A DNA stretch of 32,000 bases from Pseudomonas marginalis (GCF_900105325.1 NZ_FNSU01000003.1:3686544-3718543), one strand, 5' to 3'; counted from the stretch's first letter, positions 11,683 to 22,114 are shown. Notes: generated from the sequence alone by a model not told the origin. Program-made: numbers and translations.

Positions 11683-11706
11683 CCCGGCAGCGCACTAGCT
11701 GCCGGG
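11683..11706 (-). terminator. terminator-like hairpin at the end of the spc operon (after rpmJ)
   Basis: A perfect 9-bp GC-rich stem, CCCGGCAGC with GCTGCCGGG, encloses a 6-nt loop. It sits 17 nt after the rpmJ stop. In operon sense it is followed by UUGAUUAUUUGUUAUU, which overlaps the -35 hexamer of the alpha promoter candidate. Confidence 0.6.
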
Positions 11707-11723
11707 CTTCAAGCGGATCACAC

Positions 11724-11840
11724 TCAGCCTTGGCGCTGTTTGTGACGCGGTTCCGCGCTGCAAATTACTCGAACAACACCTTCGCGGCGAATAATCTTGC
11801 AGTTACGGCACAGCTTTTTCACCGATGCACGAACTTTCAT
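11724..11840 (-). CDS. rpmJ: 50S ribosomal protein L36 (zinc-ribbon C+ form)
   Basis: Not in the ORF track because it is under 60 aa. Hand translation gives [38 protein letters not shown] (38 aa) with a TGA stop at 11724-11726. The Cys11/Cys14/Cys27/His32 ligand pattern is present. Confidence 0.95.
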
Positions 11841-11867
11841 CACCAACTCCTCGAACCTTATGGGTAC

Positions 11868-13196
11868 TCAGCGCAACATGCCGCTGCCGTAACCCTTCAG
11901 GTTGGCTTTCTTCATCAGGGATTCGTACTGGTGCGAAACGAGGTGCGATTGTACTTGGGACATGAAGTCCATCACAACCACGACCACGATCAGCAACGAG
12001 GTCCCGCCAAGGTAGAACGGAACGTTTGCTGCAACCACCAGGAACTGGGGCAACAAGCACACGGCCGTCATATATAGAGCACCGAACAGGGTCAAACGAG
12101 TCAGAACGCCATCAATGTAGCGTGCAGACTGCTCACCTGGACGAATACCCGGAATAAAGGCACCGGACTTCTTCAGGTTTTCCGCTACGTCTTTCGGATT
12201 GAACATCAACGCCGTATAGAAGAAGCAGAAGAAAATAATCCCTGCACTAAACAGCAGAATATTCAACGGCTGACCAGGAGCGATCGACTGAGAGAGGTCC
12301 TGCAGCCAGCCCATATTTTCAGACTGACCAAACCAGGTACCCAACGAAGCCGGAAACAGCAAAATGCTGCTCGCGAAAATTGCCGGAATAACACCGGCCA
12401 TATTCACTTTCAGCGGCAAGTGGCTGGTCTGCGCAGCAAAAACCTTACGGCCCTGCTGACGCTTGGCGTAGTGAACAGCAATACGACGCTGGCCACGCTC
12501 AATGAACACCACAAAACCGATAATCGCTACTGCCAGCAAACCGATGGCAACCAGGGCAAAGATATTGATATCACCCTGACGCGCAGACTCGAAAGACTGC
12601 CCGATTGCTCTCGGAAGACCGGCGACGATACCTGCGAAAATCAACATCGAGATACCGTTACCAACACCACGCTCAGTAATCTGCTCACCCAGCCACATCA
12701 TGAACATCGCACCAGCCACAAAAGTGGATACCGCGACGAAATGGAAGCCAAAGTCACCAGTGAACGCAACACCCTGCCCCGCCAGGCCAACGGACATGCC
12801 GATAGCCTGAACCAGGGCGAGGATGACAGTGCCGTAGCGGGTGTACTGGCTAATCTTGCGACGGCCAGCTTCACCTTCCTTCTTCAACTGCTCCAGCTGA
12901 GGGCTGACGGCGGTCATCAGTTGCATGATGATCGATGCCGAGATGTACGGCATGATCCCCAGTGCAAAAATGCTCATCCGTTCCAGCGCGCCGCCAGAAA
13001 ACATGTTGAACAAGCTAAGAATGGTCCCCTCATTCTGTCGAAACAGGTCTGCGAGTCGGTCCGGGTTGATACCTGGAACCGGGATGTGTGCGCCTATTCG
13101 GTAGACGATAATCGCCAGGAACAGAAAACGCAGACGAGCCCAAAGTTCAGACATACCGCCTTTGCCGAGCGCTGAGAGAGCACCTTGCTTAGCCAT
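11868..13196 (-). CDS. secY: preprotein translocase subunit SecY
   Basis: 442 aa, multi-pass membrane protein in the conserved position between rplO and rpmJ. The ATG directly abuts the rplO stop (TAAATG). Confidence 0.98.
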   Translation of the reverse strand: MAKQGALSALGKGGMSELWARLRFLFLAIIVYRIGAHIPVPGINPDRLADLFRQNEGTILSLFNMFSGGALERMSIFALGIMPYISASIIMQLMTAVSPQLEQLKKEGEAGRRKISQYTRYGTVILALVQAIGMSVGLAGQGVAFTGDFGFHFVAVSTFVAGAMFMMWLGEQITERGVGNGISMLIFAGIVAGLPRAIGQSFESARQGDINIFALVAIGLLAVAIIGFVVFIERGQRRIAVHYAKRQQGRKVFAAQTSHLPLKVNMAGVIPAIFASSILLFPASLGTWFGQSENMGWLQDLSQSIAPGQPLNILLFSAGIIFFCFFYTALMFNPKDVAENLKKSGAFIPGIRPGEQSARYIDGVLTRLTLFGALYMTAVCLLPQFLVVAANVPFYLGGTSLLIVVVVVMDFMSQVQSHLVSHQYESLMKKANLKGYGSGMLR

Positions 13197-13634
13197 TTAT
13201 TCCTCGAACTTGCCGCCAGCTGCTTCGATAGCCGAACGCGCACCTTTGGTGGCGCCGATTCCCTTGCCGATAGTGACAGCGCGAGTCACTTCACCGGACA
13301 GCATGATTTTCACACGCTGTACGTTGACGTTGATCACGTTGGCATCTTTCAGGGTCTGCACAGTAACGATGTCGCCTTCCACTTTAGCCAGCTCGGACAG
13401 ACGCACTTCTGCGCGGTCCATGGCCTTCAGGGAAACGAAGCCGAACTTAGGCAGGCGACGATGCAGCGGCTGTTGACCGCCTTCAAAGCCTGGAGCAATG
13501 GTGCCACCGGAGCGGGAGGTTTGACCTTTGTGGCCGCGGCCACCAGTCTTACCCAAACCGCTACCGATACCACGGCCCGGACGATGCTTTTCGCGACGGG
13601 AACCCGGCGCTGGACTCAGATCATTGAGTTTCAT
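13197..13634 (-). CDS. rplO: 50S ribosomal protein L15
   Basis: 145 aa, [38 protein letters not shown]. Confidence 0.98.
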   Translation of the reverse strand: MKLNDLSPAPGSRREKHRPGRGIGSGLGKTGGRGHKGQTSRSGGTIAPGFEGGQQPLHRRLPKFGFVSLKAMDRAEVRLSELAKVEGDIVTVQTLKDANVINVNVQRVKIMLSGEVTRAVTIGKGIGATKGARSAIEAAGGKFEE

Positions 13635-13637
13635 CGA

Positions 13638-13814
13638 TTAACCCTCGACACGCAGCATGTAGTAAGCCTTGTTGATCATCCCGCGATTCTCGGGAGTATC
13701 CTGGACTTCTACAGTGTGACCGATGCGACGCAGACCCAAACCCTTAACGCACAATTTGTGGTTAGGGATGCGGCCGGTCATGCTTTTGATCAGCGTTACT
13801 TTAACGGTAGCCAT
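13638..13814 (-). CDS. rpmD: 50S ribosomal protein L30
   Basis: Not in the ORF track (58 aa). Hand translation from the ATG at 13814 gives [20 protein letters not shown]..., with a TAA stop at 13638-13640. It occupies the conserved slot between rpsE and rplO. Confidence 0.93.
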
Positions 13815-13816
13815 GA

Positions 13817-14317
13817 TCAGAAGATCTCCTTGACGCTTTTGCCACGCTTGGCGGCAATGGATTCAGGAGATTGCATAGCTTTCAAACCCTTGAAAGTGGC
13901 GTGAACCACGTTTACCGGGTTAGTCGAGCCATAGCACTTGGCCAGAACGTTCTGAACACCAGCAACCTCGAGGACAGCACGCATAGCGCCGCCAGCGATG
14001 ATACCGGTACCTTCAGAAGCAGGCTGCATGTATACCTTCGAAGCGCCATGAGCGGACTTCATTGCGTACTGCAGCGTGGTGCCGTTCAGATCAACTTGGA
14101 TCATGTTGCGACGAGCAGCTTCCATTGCCTTCTGGATCGCAGCAGGCACTTCACGTGACTTGCCACGGCCGAAGCCAACACGCCCTTTACCATCACCCAC
14201 CACGGTCAACGCGGTGAAAGTGAAGATACGGCCGCCTTTAACGGTTTTGGCTACGCGGTTAACTTGAACCAGCTTCTCAATGTAGCCTTCGTCGCGCTTT
14301 TGGTCGTTATTTGACAT
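13817..14317 (-). CDS. rpsE: 30S ribosomal protein S5
   Basis: 166 aa, [30 protein letters not shown]. Confidence 0.98.
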
Positions 14318-14320
14318 AAC

Positions 14321-14671
14321 TTAGAACTCCAGCCCAGCTTCACGAGCAGCATCAGCCAGCGCTTTAACGCGGCCGTGGTACTTGAAGCCAGAGCGGTCGA
14401 AAGCCACTTGCGAGACGCCAGCGGCCTTAGCACGCGTAGCGACCAGCTGGCCAACCTTTGTGGCCGCGTCGATGTTGCCAGTGGCACCATCACGCAGTTC
14501 TTTATCCAAAGTCGAGGCGCTGGCCAGGACTTTGTTGCCGTCGGCCGAGATGACCTGGGCGTAGATGTGCTGCGACGAGCGGAACACGCAGAGACGCACG
14601 ACTTCGAGTTCGTGCATTTTCAGGCGTGCTTTGCGAGCGCGACGCAGTCGAGTAACTTTTTTGTCGGTCAT
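14321..14671 (-). CDS. rplR: 50S ribosomal protein L18
   Basis: 116 aa, [29 protein letters not shown]. Confidence 0.98.
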   Translation of the reverse strand: MTDKKVTRLRRARKARLKMHELEVVRLCVFRSSQHIYAQVISADGNKVLASASTLDKELRDGATGNIDAATKVGQLVATRAKAAGVSQVAFDRSGFKYHGRVKALADAAREAGLEF

Positions 14672-14681
14672 TTGCTATGCC

Positions 14682-15215
14682 CTACTTCTTCTTGGCTTCT
14701 TTACGACGGACGACTTCGTCCGCGTAGCGCACACCTTTGCCTTTGTACGGCTCTGGTGGACGGAAGTCGCGGATCTCAGCAGCCACTTGACCTACCAGTT
14801 GCTTATCGATGCCCTTGATCAGGATATCGGTCTGGCTAGGAGTCTCAGCGGTGATGCCTTCCGGCAGTTCGTAATCCACTGGGTGCGAGAAGCCAAGGGC
14901 CAGGTTCAAAACCGTGCCTTTTGCTTGCGCTTTGTAACCAACACCGACCAGCTGGAGCTTACGCTCGAAGCCTTGGCTTACGCCTTGGACCATGTTGTTT
15001 ACCAACGCACGCGTGGTACCAGCCATTGCGCGAGTTTGTTGATCGCCATTGCGAGCAGCGAAACGCAGCTCACCAGCTTCTTCAACGATCTCAACGGACG
15101 AATGGATATTCAGTTCAAGAGTGCCCTTGGCACCCTTCACCGAAAGCTGTTGGCCTGCGAATTTGACTTCGACACCGGCTGGCAGCTTAACGGGGTTCTT
15201 AGCGACGCGAGACAT
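14682..15215 (-). CDS. rplF: 50S ribosomal protein L6
   Basis: 177 aa, [31 protein letters not shown]. Confidence 0.98.
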   Translation of the reverse strand: MSRVAKNPVKLPAGVEVKFAGQQLSVKGAKGTLELNIHSSVEIVEEAGELRFAARNGDQQTRAMAGTTRALVNNMVQGVSQGFERKLQLVGVGYKAQAKGTVLNLALGFSHPVDYELPEGITAETPSQTDILIKGIDKQLVGQVAAEIRDFRPPEPYKGKGVRYADEVVRRKEAKKK

Positions 15216-15227
15216 GCTTATCCCCCC

Positions 15228-15620
15228 TTAGAACACAGTGCAAAGAACTTCGCCGCCGACACCGGCAGCGCGCGCAGCACGATCCGTCATCACACCTTTG
15301 TTGGTGGAGACGATAGACACGCCCAGACCGCCACGAACTTTCGGCAGATCTTCAGCGGACTTGTACTGACGCAGGCCTGGACGGCTAACGCGCTTCACTT
15401 CCTCTATGACCGAACGGCCTTCGAAGTACTTCAGCTCGATGGACAGCAGTGGTTTGATTTCGCTGCTGATCTGATAACCCGCAATGTAGCCTTCGTCTTT
15501 CAGGACTTTGGCAACAGCAACCTTCAACTTGGAAGATGGCATGCTTACGACGGACTTTTCAGCCATCTGGGCATTACGGATACGAGTTAGCATGTCCGCT
15601 AACGGGTCCTGCATACTCAT
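15228..15620 (-). CDS. rpsH: 30S ribosomal protein S8
   Basis: 130 aa, [29 protein letters not shown] Shine-Dalgarno lies upstream. Confidence 0.98.
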   Translation of the reverse strand: MSMQDPLADMLTRIRNAQMAEKSVVSMPSSKLKVAVAKVLKDEGYIAGYQISSEIKPLLSIELKYFEGRSVIEEVKRVSRPGLRQYKSAEDLPKVRGGLGVSIVSTNKGVMTDRAARAAGVGGEVLCTVF

Positions 15621-15640
15621 GGGCTAGACGCTCCTAATAC

Positions 15641-15662
15641 AAAAAAATTAGCCTTGCGGCTA
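15641..15662 (-). terminator. terminator-like hairpin 3 (short stem, GNRA loop, U7)
   Basis: In RNA sense: UAGCC-GCAA-GGCUA, then A and U7. It ends 20 nt before the rpsH AUG, immediately upstream of the Shine-Dalgarno. Confidence 0.3.
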
Positions 15663-15687
15663 CATATGTCGCTGAGAATCTCCGGGT

Positions 15688-15715
15688 AAAAAACACGGGC
15701 TCAGGCGAGCCGCGT
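15688..15715 (-). terminator. terminator-like hairpin 2 (bulged 9-bp stem, U6)
   Basis: In RNA sense: ACGCGGCUC-GCCU-GAGC(C)CGUGU running into a UUUUUU tract, with one bulged C and one G-U pair. Confidence 0.4.
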
Positions 15716-15739
15716 ATTTTAGACACACTCCGGAAATGA

Positions 15740-15763
15740 AACAAGCCCCAAAAGGGGCTTGTT
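15740..15763 (-). terminator. terminator-like hairpin 1 (perfect 10-bp stem)
   Basis: In RNA sense: AACAAGCCCC-UUUU-GGGGCUUGUU followed by UCAUUUCC, an interrupted U tract. It starts 64 nt after the rpsN stop. Confidence 0.4.
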
Positions 15764-15826
15764 CCAGATTCAGGGTCACCGGCGGTCAGTATCTTTCGAT
15801 TCGGACCACCTGGACGCTGAAAGTAC

Positions 15827-16132
15827 TTACCAGCTGGCTTTAACCAGACCTGGTACGTCACCACGCATTGCCGCTTCACGCAGTTTGTTACGGCCGAGGC
15901 CGAACTTGCGGTAAACGCCGTGTGGACGACCGGTCAGGCGGCAGCGGTTACGCATGCGCGAAGCGCTTGCGTCACGTGGCTGCTTCTGCAGGGCAACTGT
16001 AGCTTCCCAACGCGCTTCTGGACTTGCGTTCAGATCAACGATGATTGCTTTCAGTGCTGCACGCTTCTTGGCGTACTTGGCAACCGTGAGCTGACGCTTC
16101 AGCTCGCGGTTTTTCATGCTCATCTTGGCCAT
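15827..16132 (-). CDS. rpsN: 30S ribosomal protein S14 (long, non-zinc C- form)
   Basis: Trimmed from the track start at 16198 to the ATG at 16132, giving [24 protein letters not shown] and 101 aa, ending ...VPGLVKASW. There is only one Cys, so no CxxC zinc motif. Confidence 0.96.
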   Translation of the reverse strand: MAKMSMKNRELKRQLTVAKYAKKRAALKAIIVDLNASPEARWEATVALQKQPRDASASRMRNRCRLTGRPHGVYRKFGLGRNKLREAAMRGDVPGLVKASW

Positions 16133-16145
16133 GGTCCTACTCCAA

Positions 16146-16685
16146 TCAGTTGCGGAACGGGAATTTGAAAGCACGCAACAGGGCGCGACCTTCATCATCG
16201 TTCTTGGCAGTGGTGGTCAGGGTGATGTCCAGACCGCGGAGAGCATCGATCTTGTCGTAGTCGATTTCCGGGAAGATGATCTGCTCTTTCACGCCCATGC
16301 TGTAGTTACCACGACCATCGAAGGACTTGGCATTCAGGCCGCGGAAGTCGCGAACCCGAGGCAGGGAGATCGACAGCAGACGATCCAGGAATTCGTACAT
16401 ACGCTCACGGCGCAGAGTCACTTTGACGCCGATCGGCCAACCTTCACGGACTTTAAAGCCAGCGATGGATTTGCGAGCGTAGGTCACAACGACTTTCTGG
16501 CCGGTGATCTTTTCCAGGTCAGCAACAGCGTGCTCGATGACTTTTTTGTCACCGATCGCTTCGCCCAGACCCATGTTCAGGGTGATTTTGGTAACGCGCG
16601 GAACTTCCATCACGTTCCCAAGCTTAAGTTCTTCCTTAAGCTTAGGGGCGATTTCCTTCCGGTAAATCTCTTGTAGTCGTGCCAT
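16146..16685 (-). CDS. rplE: 50S ribosomal protein L5
   Basis: 179 aa, [39 protein letters not shown]. Confidence 0.98.
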   Translation of the reverse strand: MARLQEIYRKEIAPKLKEELKLGNVMEVPRVTKITLNMGLGEAIGDKKVIEHAVADLEKITGQKVVVTYARKSIAGFKVREGWPIGVKVTLRRERMYEFLDRLLSISLPRVRDFRGLNAKSFDGRGNYSMGVKEQIIFPEIDYDKIDALRGLDITLTTTAKNDDEGRALLRAFKFPFRN

Positions 16686-16707
16686 GGTCTAATCTACCTA
16701 GCAGTGT

Positions 16708-17022
16708 TCAAGCATCAACCGCTTTTTGGGTCGACTTGAAGACACGAATTTTCTTACCGTCTTCTACTTTGAAACCAACGCGGTCAGCCTTGTTGGTTTC
16801 GCCGTTGAAGATGGCGACGTTAGAAGCGTCCAGCGGAGCTTCTTTCTCGACGATACCGCCCTGCACGCCCGACATCGGGTTAGGCTTGGTATGACGCTTG
16901 ACCAGGTTCAGACCACCGATAACCAGACGGTTATTAGCGAGAACCTTAAGCACCTTACCGCGCTTACCTTTGTCTTTGCCGGCGATCACGATGATCTCGT
17001 CGTCACGACGAATCTTTTGCAT
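16708..17022 (-). CDS. rplX: 50S ribosomal protein L24
   Basis: 104 aa, [27 protein letters not shown]. Confidence 0.98.
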   Translation of the reverse strand: MQKIRRDDEIIVIAGKDKGKRGKVLKVLANNRLVIGGLNLVKRHTKPNPMSGVQGGIVEKEAPLDASNVAIFNGETNKADRVGFKVEDGKKIRVFKSTQKAVDA

Positions 17023-17033
17023 GTCGGATCTCC

Positions 17034-17402
17034 TTACAGCACTTCTGGGGCGAGCGAGACGATCTTCATGAACTTCTCAGTACGAAGTTCACGGGTCACT
17101 GGCCCAAAGATACGGGTGCCGATCGGCTCTTGCTTGTTGTTCAGAAGAACAGCAGCGTTGCCATCAAAGCGGATAATGGAGCCATCTGCACGGCGTACGC
17201 CATGACGAGTGCGGACTACAACAGCAGTCATCACCTGGCCTTTTTTCACCTTACCGCGAGGAATTGCTTCCTTGACGGTAACTTTGATGATGTCACCGAT
17301 ACCAGCGTAACGACGATGGGAGCCACCCAGCACCTTGATGCACATAACACGGCGAGCGCCGCTGTTATCGGCCACATCGAGCATGGATTGAGTCTGAATC
17401 AT
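17034..17402 (-). CDS. rplN: 50S ribosomal protein L14
   Basis: 122 aa, [28 protein letters not shown]. Confidence 0.98.
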   Translation of the reverse strand: MIQTQSMLDVADNSGARRVMCIKVLGGSHRRYAGIGDIIKVTVKEAIPRGKVKKGQVMTAVVVRTRHGVRRADGSIIRFDGNAAVLLNNKQEPIGTRIFGPVTRELRTEKFMKIVSLAPEVL

Positions 17403-17425
17403 ATAATTTCTCCGACCCCTAGTCC

Positions 17426-17692
17426 TTAGACTTCCACAGCGCGTTCGAGAACATCAACCAATGCCCAAGACTTAGTCTTGGCCAGCGGACGAGTTTCACG
17501 AATAGTGACTTTGTCGCCGATGTGGCACTGGTTGGTTTCGTCGTGCGCGTGCAGCTTAGTCGAACGCTTAACATATTTACCGTAGATCGGGTGCTTAACG
17601 CGACGCTCGATCAAAACGGTGATGGTTTTGTCCATCTTGTCGCTGACAACACGGCCAGTCAGCGTACGGACAGTCTTTTCGGCTTCAGCCAT
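17426..17692 (-). CDS. rpsQ: 30S ribosomal protein S17
   Basis: The track start at 17698 is a GTG overlapping the rpmC stop. The ATG at 17692 gives [23 protein letters not shown] and 88 aa. Confidence 0.95.
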   Translation of the reverse strand: MAEAEKTVRTLTGRVVSDKMDKTITVLIERRVKHPIYGKYVKRSTKLHAHDETNQCHIGDKVTIRETRPLAKTKSWALVDVLERAVEV

Positions 17693-17694
17693 GA

Positions 17695-17886
17695 TCACTT
17701 ACCTGCCTGCTGGTTGAGCACAGTCTTCACGCGAGCAATGTCACGCTTAACTTGCGAGAGCAGATGAGACTGCCCCAACTGGCCAGTTGCTTTCTGCATG
17801 CGCAGATTGAACTGGTCGCGCAGCAGGCCGAGCAGTTGCTCGTTCAGCTGCTGTGCGGATTTTTCACGAAGTTCATTCGCTTTCAT
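17695..17886 (-). CDS. rpmC: 50S ribosomal protein L29
   Basis: The ATG at 17886 overlaps the rplP TGA by one base (TGATG). It gives [19 protein letters not shown] and 63 aa. Confidence 0.95.
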
Positions 17887-18299
17887 CACATCACCGTCCG
17901 TTTAACAAAGGCGGTGGCGAGCGGCAGCTTTGCAGCAGCCAGGGCAAAAGCCTCACGCGCCAGCTCTTCAGTTACACCCTCGATTTCATACAGGACTTTG
18001 CCTGGCTGAATCTGGGCTACCCAGTATTCCACGTTACCCTTACCTTTACCCATCCGAACCTCGAGAGGTTTTTTGGAGATCGGCTTGTCCGGGAATACAC
18101 GGATCCAGATCTTGCCGCCACGTTTTACGTGACGGGTCAGTGCACGACGCGCTGACTCGATCTGACGAGCGGTGAGACGACCACGAGCTACAGACTTCAG
18201 CGCGAACTCGCCGAAGCTGACTTTGCTACCGCGCTGAGCCAGACCACGGTTGTGGCCTGTCATCTGCTTGCGGAACTTCGTACGCTTTGGTTGCAACAT
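17886..18299 (-). CDS. rplP: 50S ribosomal protein L16
   Basis: 137 aa, [24 protein letters not shown]. Confidence 0.98.
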
Positions 18300-18311
18300 T
18301 TGGCGTACCCC

Positions 18312-18998
18312 TTACTTAGCAGCTTTTTTACGAGGCGCTGGTGCTTGTGGTTTCAGTTCTTCTTGGCGACCACCAATTACTTCGCCTTTGAAGATCCAAA
18401 CCTTTACACCGATCACACCGTAAGTGGTGTGAGCTTCGTAGTTGGCATAGTCGATGTCGGCACGCAGGGTGTGCAGTGGCACACGACCTTCGCGATACCA
18501 TTCAGTACGTGCGATTTCAGCACCGCCGAGACGACCGCTCACTTGGATTTTGATGCCTTTGGCACCAATGCGCATGGCGTTCTGTACAGCGCGCTTCATA
18601 GCGCGACGGAACATTACGCGACGCTCCAGCTGCTGAGCTACGCTCTGCGCAACCAGCATACCGTCGAGCTCCGGCTTGCGGATCTCTTCGATATTGATGT
18701 GCACAGGCACACCCATTTGCTTGGTCAGGTCCTGACGCAGTTTCTCAACATCTTCACCTTTCTTCCCGATAACGATACCTGGACGAGCGGTGTGGATGGT
18801 GATACGTGCAGTTTGCGCCGGACGATGGATATCGATACGGCTTACGGACGCGCTTTTTAGTTTGTCTTGGAGATACTCACGCACCTTCAGATCAGCGAAC
18901 AAATAGTCCGCATAAGTCCGACCGTCTGCGTACCAGACGGAGGTGTGCTCCTTGACGATTCCCAGGCGAATGCCAATGGGATGTACTTTCTGACCCAT
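18312..18998 (-). CDS. rpsC: 30S ribosomal protein S3
   Basis: Trimmed from the track start at 19082, which would overlap rplV, to the ATG at 18998. This gives [24 protein letters not shown] and 228 aa. Confidence 0.96.
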
Positions 18999-19011
18999 CT
19001 CTTCGACTCCG

Positions 19012-19344
19012 TTACTTGTCAGCAACCTTGACAGTGATATGGCAAGACCGCTTGACGATGCGATCAGCACGGCCTTTGGCACGCGGCATGATGCGCTTCA
19101 GCGAACGCCCTTCGTTGACGAAAACGGTGCTGACCTTCAGGTCATCAACGTCTGCGCCTTCGTTATGCTCGGCGTTGGCTACGGCCGACTCCAGCACTTT
19201 CTTCATGATCTCGGCGGCTTTCTTACTGCTGAAAGCCAACAGGTTGAGCGCTTCGCCCACCTTCTTCCCGCGGATCTGGTCGGCGACCAAGCGGGCTTTC
19301 TGGGCGGAGATTCGAGCGCCCGACAACTTAGCGGCTACTTCCAT
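19012..19344 (-). CDS. rplV: 50S ribosomal protein L22
   Basis: 110 aa, [29 protein letters not shown]. Confidence 0.98.
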
Positions 19345-19355
19345 TTCCTTACCCC

Positions 19356-19631
19356 TTAACGCTTGGCTTTCTTGTCTGCCACGTGCCCACGATAAGTGCG
19401 GGTACCGGCAAACTCGCCTAGTTTGTGGCCGACCATGTCTTCGTTAACGAGAACTGGGACGTGCAGACGACCGTTGTGTACAGCGATGGTCAGACCGACC
19501 ATTTGTGGCAGGATCATCGAACGACGCGACCAGGTCTTAACTGGTTTGCGATCGTTCTTTTCCGCCGCCACTTCGATCTTCTTCAGTAGGTGAAGATCAA
19601 TAAAAGGACCTTTTTTCAGAGAACGTGGCAC
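19356..19631 (-). CDS. rpsS: 30S ribosomal protein S19
   Basis: 91 aa, [18 protein letters not shown]. Confidence 0.98.
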
Positions 19632-19647
19632 TGTCGTATCCCTCTAT

Positions 19648-20472
19648 TTACTTGCGACGACGGACGATCATTTTGTCGGTACGCTTATTACCACGAGTCT
19701 TCGCGCCCTTAGTCGGGAAGCCCCATGGCGATACCGGATGACGACCACCAGAGGTACGACCTTCACCACCACCGTGTGGGTGGTCAACCGGGTTCATGGC
19801 AACACCACGAACGGTTGGGCGAACGCCACGCCAGCGTTTGGCACCAGCTTTACCCAGCGAACGCAGGCTGTGCTCGGAGTTCGAGACTTCACCCAGGGTC
19901 GCACGGCATTCAGCCAGCACTTTACGCATCTCACCAGAACGCAGACGCAGGGTCACGTAGACACCTTCACGAGCGATCAGCTGAGCCGAAGCACCAGCGG
20001 AACGAGCGATTTGCGCGCCTTTACCTGGCTTCAATTCGATGCCGTGTACGGTGCTACCAACTGGAATGTTACGCAGTTGCAGAGCGTTGCCCGGCTTGAT
20101 CGGTGCCAGGGCACCTGCGATCAGCTGGTCGCCAGCACTCACGCCTTTAGGCGCGATGATGTAGCGGCGCTCGCCATCTGCGTACAGCAGCAGAGCGATG
20201 TGAGCAGTACGGTTTGGATCGTATTCGATACGCTCGACAGTGGCAGCGATGCCATCTTTGTCGTTGCGACGGAAGTCGACCAGACGATAATGCTGCTTAT
20301 GGCCACCACCAATGTGACGAGTGGTAATACGACCATTGTTGTTACGACCACCAGTCTTCGATTTCTTCTCGAGCAGCGGTGCGTGAGGAGCGCCTTTATG
20401 CAGCTCCTGGTTGACCACCTTGACCACAAAACGGCGGCCAGGGGAAGTCGGTTTGCATTTAACGATTGCCAT
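19648..20472 (-). CDS. rplB: 50S ribosomal protein L2
   Basis: 274 aa, [20 protein letters not shown] ... [13 protein letters not shown]. Confidence 0.98.
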   Translation of the reverse strand: MAIVKCKPTSPGRRFVVKVVNQELHKGAPHAPLLEKKSKTGGRNNNGRITTRHIGGGHKQHYRLVDFRRNDKDGIAATVERIEYDPNRTAHIALLLYADGERRYIIAPKGVSAGDQLIAGALAPIKPGNALQLRNIPVGSTVHGIELKPGKGAQIARSAGASAQLIAREGVYVTLRLRSGEMRKVLAECRATLGEVSNSEHSLRSLGKAGAKRWRGVRPTVRGVAMNPVDHPHGGGEGRTSGGRHPVSPWGFPTKGAKTRGNKRTDKMIVRRRK

Positions 20473-20486
20473 GATGCACCCCTTCC

Positions 20487-20786
20487 TTACTCAGCACTGC
20501 TGCTGAAATCGAGATCTTGGCCTGGCTGAAGGGAGATAACTGCCTTCTTCCAGTCATTACGCTTGCCCAGACCGCGAGCAGTGCGCTTGCTCTTACCCAG
20601 AACATTCAGGGTAGTAACACGCTCAACTTTCACGCTGAACAGGCTTTCGACGGCCTTCTTGATTTCCAGCTTGGTTGCGTCAGTTGCAACCTTGAAAACG
20701 AACTGGCCTTTCTTGTCAGCCAGAACCGTAGCCTTTTCGGAAACGTGCGGGCCAAGCAGAACTTTAAATACGCGTTCCTGGTTCAT
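20487..20786 (-). CDS. rplW: 50S ribosomal protein L23
   Basis: 99 aa, [20 protein letters not shown]. Its start overlaps the rplD stop by 4 nt (ATGA). Confidence 0.98.
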
Positions 20787-21385
20787 CCCAGCAGCTCCTC
20801 GAATTTCTTCACGGCCGACACGGTGATCAACACCTTGTCGTATGCGATCAGACTAACTGGATCGGAACCTTGCACGTCACGTACATCAACGTGTGGCAGG
20901 TTACGAGCAGCCAGGTACAGGTTCTGATCAACAGCTTCAGACACGATCAAAACGTCGGTCAGGCTCATGTTGTTCAGTTTGCCCAGCAGATCTTTGGTTT
21001 TTGGACTTTCAACAGCGAAGTCCTGAACCACGACTAGGCGATCAGTACGCACGAGTTCAGCAAGGATGGAGCGCAGTGCTGCGCGATACATCTTCTTGTT
21101 GAGCTTCTGAGAGTGATCCTGCGGACGAGCTGCGAAAGTGGTACCGCCGCCGCGCCAGATTGGGCTACGGATAGTACCGGCACGAGCACGGCCAGTACCT
21201 TTCTGACGCCAAGGGCGCTTACCGCCACCACGAACGTCGGAACGGGTCTTTTGCTGCTTGCTACCTTGACGGCCGCCGGCCATGTAGGCCACGACTGCTT
21301 GGTGAACCAGCGTCTCGTTGAATTCGCCGCCAAATGTCAGTTCGGAAACTTCGATCGCTTGAGCGTCATTTACATTTAATTGCAT
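20783..21385 (-). CDS. rplD: 50S ribosomal protein L4
   Basis: 200 aa, [29 protein letters not shown]. Confidence 0.98.
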
Positions 21386-21397
21386 GTCAGCTTCCCC

Positions 21398-22033
21398 TTA
21401 ACCGCGAGCCTTGGCCGCTGGACGTACAACCAGGTTGCCGCCAGTAGCGCCAGGAACAGCACCCTTGACCAACAACAGATTGCGTTCAGCGTCGACGCGC
21501 ACTACTTCGAGGGACTGCACGGTCACGCGCTCAGCGCCCATATGACCGGACATTTTTTTGCCCTTGAATACACGACCAGGAGTCTGGCACTGGCCAATAG
21601 AGCCCGGGACGCGGTGGGAAACGGAGTTACCGTGAGTGTTGTCTTGACCACGGAAATTCCAACGCTTGATCGTACCCTGGAAGCCTTTACCCTTGGACTG
21701 ACCGGTTACATCAACCAGTTGACCAGCGGCGAAGATTTCAGCGTTGATCAGATCGCCAGCCTGGTAGTCGCCTTCTTCAAGACGGAACTCCATGACAGTA
21801 CGACCAGCTGCAACGTTTGCTTTAGCGAAGTGACCTGCTTGAGCAGCAGTCACACGCGAAGCGCGACGCTCGCCGACAGTGACTTGCACTGCACGATAGC
21901 CATCGGTTTCTTCAGTTTTGAACTGGGTGACGCGATTCGGCTCGATCTCAATGACCGTAACCGGAATGGAGACACCTTCTTCGGTGAAAATACGGGTCAT
22001 ACCGCATTTACGACCGACTACACCAATAGTCAT
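21398..22033 (-). CDS. rplC: 50S ribosomal protein L3
   Basis: Trimmed from the track start at 22066 to the ATG at 22033, giving [29 protein letters not shown] and 211 aa. Confidence 0.96.
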   Translation of the reverse strand: MTIGVVGRKCGMTRIFTEEGVSIPVTVIEIEPNRVTQFKTEETDGYRAVQVTVGERRASRVTAAQAGHFAKANVAAGRTVMEFRLEEGDYQAGDLINAEIFAAGQLVDVTGQSKGKGFQGTIKRWNFRGQDNTHGNSVSHRVPGSIGQCQTPGRVFKGKKMSGHMGAERVTVQSLEVVRVDAERNLLLVKGAVPGATGGNLVVRPAAKARG

Positions 22034-22114
22034 GTTGTAAACCTCATGAGTGTACGGGGCTTTCACCCGCTATGGCCGCCCATTTCAGAGCGTTACACGA
22101 CTAAGACCCAAGTC

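Larger units (their letters stand above)
15621..15826 (-). other. unusually long (206 nt) structured intercistronic spacer between rpsN and rpsH
   Basis: No credible ORF. In operon sense it holds three stem-loops, each followed by a U-run (see the next three features). All other internal junctions in the S10, spc and alpha operons of this window range from a 4-nt overlap to a 41-nt gap, except rpsJ-rplC at 81 nt. Confidence 0.5.

Noticed and set aside
15716-15744. TTGTTT-17-TAAAAT, considered as an internal promoter between spacer hairpins 1 and 2.
   Set aside because: The -35 element is weak, and two terminator-like hairpins lie immediately downstream. It is mentioned in the spacer finding as a hypothesis only and is not listed as a feature.
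15634-15879. 81-aa minus-strand ORF that starts at a GTG inside rpsN (+1 frame), runs through the whole rpsN-rpsH spacer and stops at the TAG inside the rpsH Shine-Dalgarno.
   Set aside because: It has no Shine-Dalgarno and no ATG. The peptide is encoded largely by hairpin arms and U-runs (FFTRRF, LIFLY). A +1 frameshift extension of S14 has no precedent that I know of and I saw no obvious shift site. A stop-free frame of 81 codons is somewhat unlikely by chance, so it is worth a glance in ribosome profiling data, but I do not call it a gene.
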